64,000 bases of DNA from Trichoplax sp. H2 (Eukaryota). The stretch lies in the NCBI GenBank assembly GCA_003344405.1, contig NOWV01000271.1, forward strand, positions 1-64,000, in the 5' to 3' direction. The notes under the pieces were generated by a model, which made no database searches, was not told the origin of the DNA, and saw only the letters and a list, made by a program, of their open reading frames with translations. Of this stretch, positions 27,205 to 38,700 are shown piece after piece (the first letter of the stretch is position 1; each line of letters begins with the position of its first letter). Position numbers and translations under genes: made by a program.

Positions 27205-28032
27205 AGCACTAGCTTAGCTGATCAGTTCCAGCTGGTCATTTGCAGGATCTTTTGACTATTATAGCTAAGAATATTCTTACGTTTTTCTTTAGTACATTTG
27301 TGATATATACCAATCACGAAATTCCAAATTTTAGAAAAATTAGGGCTTTATTGAATCTTATACAAAGATTAACTACACAACTCTACTCTAGCCGAATACT
27401 ACTTCTAAAGACTTCTACAACGAACTAACAGAATAATCTAAAGTTGCATGCTTTTATACTTTTCGTAGCATTCGCAGCTACAATCCGCATGGCAACCTTT
27501 TACCTTATTTTACACATAGTTAAATTATTCTTAGTAAGACTATTCTACTGCGGACCATCATTAATCCAATATGGATACGACTACAGTACTTACGTAGACA
27601 TTATTCACACCAGCCAAAGTACAATGAATTAACCATATCCTAATATATGATTTACTGTTCTATTTTTACCTATAGCCATATTAGTAACTCAACACCTTAC
27701 TGTATATAGTCATCTGTACTCTAGCATAGCGTCTCTACCACTACAGTCTATAGTTACAGCTACCAAATATCTCTTAGGATAAATATCTACCGTAAATTAT
27801 ACTACACATGGCTAACAGTCTACAATCACAATACTAAGTTACATTACAACATTTTACGACTAAGTTTAACGAAAATAAAGTGAAGTATTTAAACCTATTA
27901 CTCATTAGTAGCCATATTGTGTAGCTGAGAGTTAGTTCAACTACGATAGGTCCCTAAGTTAGTTAGGAACACCAGTACTAGTGAAGATAGTGTTTAAGAC
28001 CCGGCTTCTCGTTACAAAGGAGATTTGTAACA
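27205..28032. mobile_element. Interspersed repeat, family E, interrupted by a family D element; uninterrupted copy at ~55090-55361
   Basis: cactagcttagctg...ctttagtacatt / ttacgactaagtttaacg...ggagattt matches 55090-55361, where the two halves are contiguous. Left boundary uncertain. Confidence 0.7.
27299..27848. mobile_element. Solo-LTR-like element, family D (550 bp), nested in family E
   Basis: TGTGAT...ATTACA ends with a perfect ACATT duplication. Highly similar to 62704-63265. Confidence 0.85.
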
Positions 28033-28814
28033 GTACTAAATAGATGCGAGTATCTAGATATTCTGCAACTTAGGCTGTTGAAGCGCTCATCCTCCTTCAA
28101 CATACGGTTCGATTATTGGAGCCTAGCACGCCGTTCAATCTACGGTAAATTAACTCGTAATACTTTGTATTTTATATCACATTTCGACAATCAAAATATT
28201 AACTACGAATATAGCAAAATTTAAAATTAAACGTAGTACATGACTGTATCTGGACTATTTTCAGGTATTCATTATTCTTTAATCAATAATTATTTAACTG
28301 GTAGCGCAGTACCACAACATATAACTACAACCACTTATTTATGCATAGTAGTTCACAGCTGGTTAAATTAAAGAGCTATGATAATCACAATAAGATTGAA
28401 TTGAAACGGTCGTAATAGTATACTTCAATATGATTTTTCCGCTTTATCCATAACCAAGAATGGATAATGCTTCTATGAACAGTAAAATTTCTATAAACTA
28501 TAGGATTACATGTTGAGCAGCACGAGGTGGGGTTATGTTATAAGCAATGCAAGAATCGACGGCAAGAGCCCCAAGAGTATAACCTCAATAGTTTATAGTT
28601 CATCTCTATGGAAACGCCAGAAATCACGTGAATAGATACATCGGCTATCTGATGTTTGTCCATATTGATTTAATGTTAAACTATGCTATGCCTTGATAGA
28701 TTTCAGGTGGGATAGAATAGAACAAGTAGCATCTACTACCTGATTTTAGCTTACGTATCTATAGTGTATGGGTCTGTGCAGTATTGCTAAAGTAACATAA
28801 CGAGTATTGATAAG

Positions 28815-31800
28815 ATGGCATACTCTGTTGGTCAAAATATAGAAATTTTTTGGAATAATACATGGTATCCAGGGGTTATTTTAGAAATTGGACAGAAAAA
28901 GACCTATCTGGTAACTTAGCCTTTTCTCTGAAATAGCGATTAATATTAGATTTTCTCTTATGGGCAAACTGTTTGATTTTTAGATCAATAAAAACTTTAG
29001 AGATAGATTTTAGATTTTATTTTGTTTGAAGATTTACCGTAGATTAAATGCTAAAATGGAAAAGCTAGATGCAATACGACATTGATCTACTTATTAGTTT
29101 TGAGTGATCGAACCTAATATAAACATTTGCTTTATTGCTTGCATTTAGGCCATTGTTGATGAGAATGAACAAGTTTAAATCTAGTCCAGTGTGATTATTG
29201 AGTTCAATAACCCCTTTGACTAGCAATCGCTGACTCAAAATTTAAGTTATTAAAATTGAGTAATTCTCTACTCTGACACAATTATCATACCAGCTATCAT
29301 ATATTAACTTCATTAAGCATAGCAACTATTCTACCTCTTAATGCTACCATGCTTCATGTTACTACTGTAATTAGCCGAAATAGCTACTTGCAATTATTTG
29401 TAAAATTGTTCAGCATCATTTTAAATAGATTTCAGTAATCGGGATCAAAATTTATAATAGTTACTTACCATATAGATTTTAATCGCTGTTCACGTGAATA
29501 CAACAACTGCTACAAAATATGCAGAGTTAAATGTTAAAATATAGATTATTAAGTTTATGTTCTGCAAATACTAATGATGTGAAAAGTCTATTCTGAGGCT
29601 ACTATTATACCATACTAAATGGCTCAAGTAATTGTAGTAATGATTCTTCAGCAACTTGGTTCGTCAAAAATTAATGAGTAGCTATAGGTATTTGTCACAA
29701 ACCAGCTTCGTGACAAAGATAACTTAAAAAAAATCTCGAAATTACTATAGTCTCCGGGATTCAGTATCCCTTAACTAATTCACAAGAATTTAGACGGCTT
29801 TGCTTCTACGTTGAAACAATTGTAAAACTCTTTTTTTATTTAACTATCATCGAGCTTAAATACACTTCGGCAGAAGCTATCATGTATGAGTCATAACAGT
29901 TGATGAAATTTAGCTCATATTGGATAGCAAAAATAATACAGACATTATACATAATTTTGGACATGTACTGAATGATTCTAGATAATTGGACTACAGTATA
30001 TCCATACACAGAATTATTTATAGTATCATCTATAATTGAATATCTTCAGGATATTCATCACTAGCATTGCAAGACAGACATAACAGTGTAATCAATTAAT
30101 ATCACTTAGCTTATGAAAACTTCTACTGCAATACAGCATAATTTACTGTAACAAAATAATAACTACCGTAGTTCTTACTATAAGTCATTATTAGTTATTT
30201 CCATATATAAAAGTTAAACTCTAAATTTAGTCATTTACTCTTCACGGTGGTTCATACCGTAACAGTATTTTAACATATTAAGGTTTAAATTTAGTTGCTT
30301 ACCTCTGATAATTGATCGTTAATTGGCTAAGCCAAGAAAAATAGTTAACTGAGTTATTCAATTTGGATGGCTAGTTGATGCATTTTTAAATCATAGTATC
30401 TGGAAAGATTACAACATAATGTAGACTACTGTATATACTTTCTGCTAGCTGCGAAATATAATTAAAGAAACATACATTTCTATTTCATATATGCAACTGA
30501 ATTTTTAAGGTTAATATAATATTTTTAAATCGAAAGGTCTCTTATTTGGGCTGGAGCGATTCATTTAACGAAGCTATAGAGCTATCCAAGATTCGAATCA
30601 ATCAAGATAAACCTGCTGATGAAAATTCTGACTTAAAAGTCGGAGATAAAATAGAGGCAGAATGGGGAAGCAGCTGGTATGAAGCAATAATTGAAGAAAT
30701 TAAAACTTGTTACGTCAAAGTTCGCTATAAAAATTATAGTAATAACTGGGATACTTGGATAACAAATGAGAAACTCCGACCTGCAGAAACGAATGTTAGT
30801 GAAGCAAGTGTCGAAGCAGAAGGAAGTATTTTCGGTATGATTCTAAGATGAGACTCTAATGCATTTTTATATATATATATATATATTATTCTTGATTTCT
30901 AGTTTCACTAAAAGTGTTAGAAAGAATTGCATAAGATCTATAGCTTAACTTTAGTACATAATAAATGTTAAATTTTAATAGAATTGCTTACCGTAACAAT
31001 TTCGCTTAATTGAAGTAGTACAGCAAAGTGGCTAAATTTTGGATTATGTAGTCGAACCAATAGTAATAGTAGGAGATTCTTACTGGACCTTTACACTTAT
31101 AGAAACTAAGTTTATAGTCTCTAAATAAAAAGGGTATAATAATGCACAGCACGAGTACAAAATTAAGAAAACTTATCCAGAATTAAATTTCAGTATTTTG
31201 GTATTAATGTTATTAATTTCTTATGAACTTGCTGCATTTATAGCTTAAAACATTAGGCGCAATTATTATTTAAGTATTTCCTGTTTATTTAGCAGAATGT
31301 GTTGGTAGTCTCTACGATAGTAGGAGATTCGGCGACGTTAATGTACAAATTTTTTCGGAATATTTCTTTGGCTTGCATCGGTGTATTCTTGCCGCTCGTT
31401 GTAGCCGCTTTGATGAAATTTTTAAGGAATGCACTGCGGTAAGGTAATTTAATTATTACTAGTAATCATCTCGAAATTAGATTAATGTCGAAATCTTTTC
31501 ACTATAACTTAGTGTTAGATGAATGAATTTAGATATCCTAAAGAAATACAGTACATCATTAACATTCTAAGATTATCTACATTGCTTTATGTTGAATCTG
31601 GCAATATCTACAGCATAGTGTAAGAATTATAGAAGCACACTATCATAAAATTTATTGATACCACCTAGCACTGGTTGCATGATGAAATGTTATCTACTGC
31701 TGGTAGATAGTGAACATAGCTTTCACAGAGAAAACTTGAAGAGACAATGTTATGAAAATAGTAGACATATGAGGCATTTCGCTTATATAAATATAGTGCA

Positions 31801-33031
31801 AATTAAAATGAATACCGGGATTTAATATCACTGAAGCTGTTAAAAATGACAATTTATGAGGTTTGTAACTCAAAAACAGCCATTCATATGCATCAGGAAT
31901 GTTTGCAGGTATGATCAAGAACCTTCAAATATTATGGCAAGAATTATGATTTCTTGTAAAACTGTACATACTACACATAACTGGCTCATTTACTAAAAAT
32001 CAAGGGCTGCCGACTTCAATCGATAATTAAAATGGAATTTGATACAGGATCATTTTTAGCAAAAATCACTTATAGCCATTTAAGTTGTAGATCAATGCTG
32101 AATTTTTGATCTCATAATTGTCTCTTGTAATTTTAATGAGCGTCATAGCAAATTTTTTGCAGTGAAAAATTGCCTAACGTAATCTATAAATATTATAAAA
32201 TCCTAATTTAATTATTTACGTAAAAAGTTGTAGAAGGTTCCAAAATTACCAGCTAAAAATAGCCACTAGTACAATCTTATAATCAAACACAGGACTGGAA
32301 TAATTTTTGTGCAATCTTATAACTACAATCCTAATCTAATTACGGGGCTACATTACAAAGTTATTTTACTCAGTCTTATAATTTTCACTTTTTTACAACG
32401 AATCTAACGATTTCAGGGTCTTTTATTTTTATTTCTAACTTTAATATATCTAACTTTAATTGTGCTAGGAAAAGCTTGTAATCGAAGATATCTCGAGCGA
32501 TATATTCAGTTTACTCATTGAATATATTTATAAAGCAGCCGTCAATTTAAATCCAATTACGGCATTATATCTATATTGTGGTAAGATAATACCTATATCG
32601 GTATAAATTGCAAATTAGACAAAATAATTAATTTCCAAATATTATTGGCGTAGCTATTTTGGTTACAGAACTTATTGTCCTGGTTGAAAATAATCGAAAA
32701 TTACTTACATTAATTTTTCCTTTGCCGTACTATACTGTACCTATTATAAAAAGCTGCCGAAAAATATCCAGTTTCTGGATTAATGGAATATTGCTTACAA
32801 TCTTTAAGTAATGAAAATTCTGTGGAAGATTTGTTAAAGGCCTACGTCGAATATGAAAGTGTTAAAAGTTCTCTATCATCGAAACTAGAAGATAGATTTG
32901 AGAAGGCTTTAGTTGATCAATTGAGCTCAAAATTTAGACTTGTTACCAAAAGCGAATCGTTTCAGAAACTTGATAAGGATTTGTTAGTATCTTTGGTTCG
33001 AAAAATTGCTAATCAAATAATTATTACGTAA
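28815..33031 (+). CDS. Tandem Tudor/Agenet(chromo-barrel)-like + BTB/POZ protein (~309 aa, 5 exons)
   Basis: Exons 28815-28910, 30537-30834, 31293-31438, 32469-32580 and 32754-33031 join in frame with GT-AG introns (930 nt). Two barrels: YSVGQNIEIFWNNTWYPGVILE..VSYLGWSDSFNEAI and LKVGDKIEAEWGSSWYEAIIEE..VRYKNYSNNWDTWI. BTB motifs: FGDVNV..LHRCILAARCSRF..IEDISSDIFSLLIEYIY..AAEKYPVSGLMEYC. Confidence 0.9.
29693..30264. mobile_element. Solo-LTR-like element, family A, in intron 1 of the Tudor-BTB gene
   Basis: TGTCAC...GTAACA ends with a perfect GTATT duplication. Confidence 0.85.
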
Positions 33032-33971
33032 ATAGATTTTTTTGCTTAATCTGTTACTCGGCATAGATATAAGAAGAAAATTTCAATGTAATCACTTTTT
33101 AATATATCATATTATAATTTGATTTCTGACTATTACCAAGTCAGTTACAATATACAATCTAATTAAGTACGATCGAGGAATAAAATATTAGATATTCGTG
33201 AAAATGGCTGTCACAAAACAGCTTTCGTGATCGTACCTAAACTAGTCTATCTACACTTATGGTTCTCCGACTAACTCCGGAGATCCTCGGTAATGTTTCT
33301 CATACTAAGTGAGTAAATTGTATTATATGTGTTTCTCTACTTTGCACCACCTATGTTTGGCGACTGTATATAAGCCCGAGCAGAAAATATATCGCTCAGT
33401 TGATACTTCTCTAGTACTAGTACAACAAGGTACTATACTCTCGTGGCATGAATAGAAGTAAAAACTCATAAACTAATCTTAAAACAAGCCGCTTATTATA
33501 CTTGTGAGGAAGTTGTTAGTCTTACTTACAGTATCTCTCCATAGTTAGTTGGCGACTAAGTAGCTAGTAAGTTAGTTGCATACTCACATTAAACGAGAGT
33601 AGACAGTGGTATTACTCATGTGAGTGATATGTACTATTTCAATTTATTGGCTGTTATAGCAAGATAATACATATTACGGAATAGAGTATAAGATTTTAAA
33701 GATACAGAATCCGATATAAGTCTGATTATCAATTAGGGCCCAGAATAAATTACAACAGGATTTCCATGCCTTTGCTATCTTATTATCATTTCGCTTGTGC
33801 TTAAAGAATGGTAATGTTTAAAAGATTTCATGTAAAGAGAGCACAATAATAGGTATGCAATTAAAAAATTATAAGATAGTTTAGTCTATAAATAATTCAA
33901 ATAGTAACCAAGCATAATGTTCGTTTGAGGCTCCAAATTTTTCAGTCTTTTATTTATTGCTACGCAGATGT

Positions 33972-35325
33972 TTGCTATACGGTAAGACATTATTTCAATA
34001 CTATCTAAAACTGACTTTACCATAATTTTTACGAGATATGATAACGCGAGACATTTTATAACTGATAAAATTTGTAGACACGGTACTTACGAGTGAGCTT
34101 TGCTATACTACATTATTTATAAGTGCCTGTTACAGTGTTAAATACTGTATTACAGTAGAAATAACTATGTTAGGATAATTCTGTTAGACTATCCTAATTT
34201 AGTTAACTTCTAATTTGGATATACTGTATTTTAATATAGCACTGACTTTTTATGACAGTGACACTTATACACATACTGAAATTATAATAGTTATAATAGG
34301 GAATGCAAATCATCTGCTTACAGTTCGAATCATTGTGATTGTAATTTACTTATGGTAGACTGTAAATTATCATGGAAATGTTCCGTGATAGGACATATCG
34401 TAATCTGACTATTCTGTATTAGTCATTACATGTCTATGTTCGTAAATACTGTTGTCTGCATTAAGGGAGCAGTAGCTAAAATTAATATCTAATTCAGTAA
34501 ATGATTCTAATGTTAATTGTATTAACTATGACTCATGAACTATTGAGGAATAGTATATAAATGCAGTATATTGTGAAATAAAGAAGAATTGTCCAACTTA
34601 GTGTTTAACGTAAAATACGAGGCGTTTAAGTCTTTGTGTAGTCTGCTAGTAGAGCAAAAGTGTTTGTGATAGTGCAGATATCGTTCCTTGATACGTGGTT
34701 CAAGGAATTGACTTATTGATCGTATATTGCGTTATCTTGTTGCAAAGCTGTTTTGTGACAGTGCCTTTAAAGAATTCATTTAGGAGTGGCCGTTATAATG
34801 CTTTTATCTAATTTAGGCTTTTCTAAGTAATCTATGTTATCGATTATATCGGAACAGAAATTTCTATCAGTGAATGTTATAGATAAAGCCATAAACTGCT
34901 ATAACGCATTCATCTATAAAATATGTGACATCGATCTGGAATAAATACGATTGTAAANNNNNNNNNNNNNNNNNNNNTGCTATACGGTAAGACATTATTT
35001 CAATACTATCTGAAACTGACTTTACCGTAATTTTTACGAGATATGATAACGCGAGACATTTTATGACTGATAAAATTTGTAGACAAGGTACTTACGAGTG
35101 AGCTTTGCTATACTACATTATTTATAAGTGCCTTTAAAGAATTCAGTTAGGAGTGGCCGTTATAATGCTTTTATCTATTTTAGGCTTTTCTAAGTAATCT
35201 ATGTTATCGATTATATCGGAAACAGAAATTTCTATCCGTGAATGTTATAGATAAAGCCATAAACTGCTATAACGCATTCATCTATAAAATATGTGACATC
35301 GATCTGGAATAAATACGATTGTAAA
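33972..35325. repeat. Near-identical duplicate across the N gap (33972-34957 vs 34978-35325), probably two haplotypes
   Basis: After the gap the sequence restarts at tgctatacggtaagac. The second copy lacks the 34128-34760 insertion. Confidence 0.85.
34128..34760. mobile_element. Solo-LTR-like element, family B (opposite orientation to 17812)
   Basis: TGTTAC...GTGACA ends with a perfect GTGCC duplication. Empty site tataaGTGCCtttaaag near 35128. Confidence 0.9.
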
Positions 35326-35791
35326 TTTTAAATTTTTGCAAGTACAGTAATGCAAATAGCTTAACGCACATTAAAGAAAGGTGCTTAGAAATTATTGAGG
35401 GTCACTTTATGATTTTGTAGAGGGCAGTAATTTTACCTGCCATATTATCAGTAAAAATTAATACAAGAAGCATTTGTAACGACATCCATTATACTATAAC
35501 GACAGATTTTAAAGAATATTAGTAAAAAATAAGGTGTAGATGAAGTTAGCTAAACGTAGGATCTATAGATACCTCAATAGAAGTTATTCTTACAGAAAAG
35601 GTACTTAGGATAAGTTACCTAGCTTAGAATGTAAGGGTTATTTGATAGGCTGATGTGTTTTATCGGATATATTTCTGACACAGGACACAGGACTTACAAG
35701 TTACTCGAAGATGGTTAATAACTGACACAGTTCAATTATTATAACATATAATTATTAAATGTTAGAATTTTATACCATTCCGTCCATTGAT

Positions 35792-38700
35792 CTAATTGGG
35801 TAAATTCTTTAGCACTTCGGCAGCAATTTGATCTTGGGGAGTTTGCGATATCCTCCTTATATATGTCCCAGAATCTGCGTATAATCTTTCTCCTTCATTA
35901 GTCTCAGTTCTAATTTGGCAGATGACTACCTCTGTACATCGTCGTGCTGGTTGTACAGGGTTAGTATTGTTGCCAAGAATACTTTTTCTAGTCATTATTC
36001 GGCTACTGATGCGACCATAATATTGTCGCATTTGATTACTTGTTGCGTTAATACCTATTAGACCACTATAGGCAGTTAGTCCGAAATAAATAGCTGCATT
36101 GATGGGTAATACTATAAGAAATGTGATTTGCAAAGTAGTCTCAGGCATGTTACTTGGATTACGAGCGATTTCAAGGGTAAATATTAAGAATGGTATCCAT
36201 GCAATCAAGTTACTTAAAATAATTGGCAGTATCCTTAAAGCAATAGCTCGTTCTTGCCTTCTTGCTGACTTGCCTGTTTTTTTGCTTAACAATTTCATTG
36301 TAACAGATATATGTATCCAAAGGTATGATGTTGCTATCCAGCAAAGAGCTATTCCAGTAATAAATGTAACAATCCACATTCGATAAAATGGATTATCATA
36401 ATTGACTGGCAGGCAGATGCCGACATATCCATAAATTCTTGCATCGCCTTCAGCATTTATACTGAACAAATTTGGAATAGTAACAAATATAAAGACAACT
36501 ATCCAAGTTCTATCGATGATGTATTTTGCTTTTTTTGGTTGAATTAAGTTGGTCTTGTGAGGAATAACTATACTGATGAAGCGATCTACGGTCATAAAAA
36601 TAATTACAGCCGATGAAATTAAGCTGGACATGCTAGCCAATATGCAGGATAATGAACAAAATGGTCCTTTTAGCCATAATTCGGAATATTTTGCATAGTG
36701 ATCGTGATAAGCGATATCAGCGCTACCGATGATGAATACGTACGATGATAGCAACAGATTAGCGACACTAAGATTTTGAGAGAGTAATCCTAGGACAGAT
36801 TCGGGCTGGTTCCTGTATTTCAGTACTTTGATAGCAATGATGACTAGATTGCCAAGGAGTGCAATTCCTGCAACTCCCCAAAGTGCCTTAGATATTAATT
36901 TATTGGATATAAGGTCCAAACAAGTAGAAGCAGTTTCTTGCTTCTTAAATGGTGTGCAAAATGTAACGGTTGTAGGGATGGAACAACAAAAAAATATTCT
37001 TGATGACATCCTATAAAAGTAAATGAATATTTTAAAAATTGCACATTCATTTCTATAAATTTTTCGTAGATCTAGTTATTATCTAAGCTTGAATTGACTA
37101 TAGATAGTAGGGAGACTAAACGTTAAAATCGAACAGTACGGTAGTTTTGCAATAACTATAAGTAAATTTACATGATAAAACCTTACTCTAGCTAGAAAGC
37201 ATCGATTCTATTAATGTGTCTTTGAGTATAGACACAAAATAAAATAGACCATATTAATTCAAGTAGCCCACTTTCAGCTATCCTTATTACAGTGAAGTTG
37301 GAGATTAAATTATTATATATATATATATAAATTTACCCCGTAAACACTGATTAGATTAAGTAGAGTCAAGAAATATTCATCAGTAGAAATTTGTGGGAGG
37401 CGAGTTCAATATACTAGTAGAAATAAAACTTTGTTGAAATTTTAAGTTAAATTTAGTGTAGCACTGCAACTTGCTTTTCTGTATAAATTCGCAGCGTACA
37501 GTATTTAACATATCAGATTCTTAATTTCTAGTCTTGCTAACTTAATGAGGCTCATATATCACTGATAAAGAACAGTCTAAGCATTTCTTAATTATTTTTT
37601 TATTTAGTGACCAGAGTGATTTTGAGCTAATTTCTAAGAGTTATAACGGTTATAAGTAATTTAGAAATCAGTGCAATACGTTTAGTAAGTTAGCAAGATT
37701 CGTCTTGCACATTGTAAAAATTATAGTATTGAGGTAATTAACGTAGAGTGGCTTATAAGCTGTTATGAAGCAATCAAGAAAGTACTAATACTGTAATGAA
37801 CGCAAGAGTAGAGATATGGGTTAGAAATTAGTGGTATTTAAGGCTTTGGAATAGAGATAATGTAGAGAGCTAAGACTATAGAAGTAAACTCGTCACAAAC
37901 GGTCTAAGTATTAGTAGATGACAACGCTGTTTGTAGCTGCAAAGAAATAGTACATGCTGCAAATGCTGGACTTAGCATGCTATGTCTATAGGCAAGTACG
38001 CATTAATTCAGTCTATGTTTATAAAAAAGGATAAGCTGAAATCAACGTGTAGTCATAATGTACTATAGGTACAAGCTTATATTGTTGTAGTGGCATGTAA
38101 CGATTATATAATATATTAACTATTGGTGATGTCATTGATACTTACACATTTCTAAGATTCGTCAGTCCACGAAGAGCCTGATCACTAACATGGGTCAAAA
38201 TGTTTAGCTCCAGATTTCTGTAAAGATTATAAGTTATAAATAGATGACCGTAATAACGTATAAAATGCTGTTATTATGGAATATCGGTAGCTTTCAACTT
38301 TTAATTTAGAATTAAGTAATATAATTTTATAATTCGGTAAAGTGTTATTATAAAATTCAAATAAATTTTATCAAGTGCAGGAGAGCTGTAAAATTAATTT
38401 ACTATTACAAATTAGGAAAGCTTACAATATACGAAGTCGCTTATATTTATAAAAACAGTCATTATTCAAGGTTCGAATGCGATTTTGTTTTAAGATCCTG
38501 TTAAAAGAGAAAATAATTGTGGATTGGTATAATTAAAAAGGTAGTACATTTTTCGTGCACTTACACATAATTAATTACAATTTATGAAGCCTGATTTCAA
38601 TGCATGTAATAGTTAATTATAAGATTATGTAGTTTACTGAAAATTTGATTATATCATAAAATAAATTGATCAAGAATCAGGCCGAATAATCTTACAGTGT

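Noticed and set aside
36099..37016. Plus-strand ORFs 36099-36386 and 36828-37016
   Set aside because: Antisense shadows of the 7TM exon.
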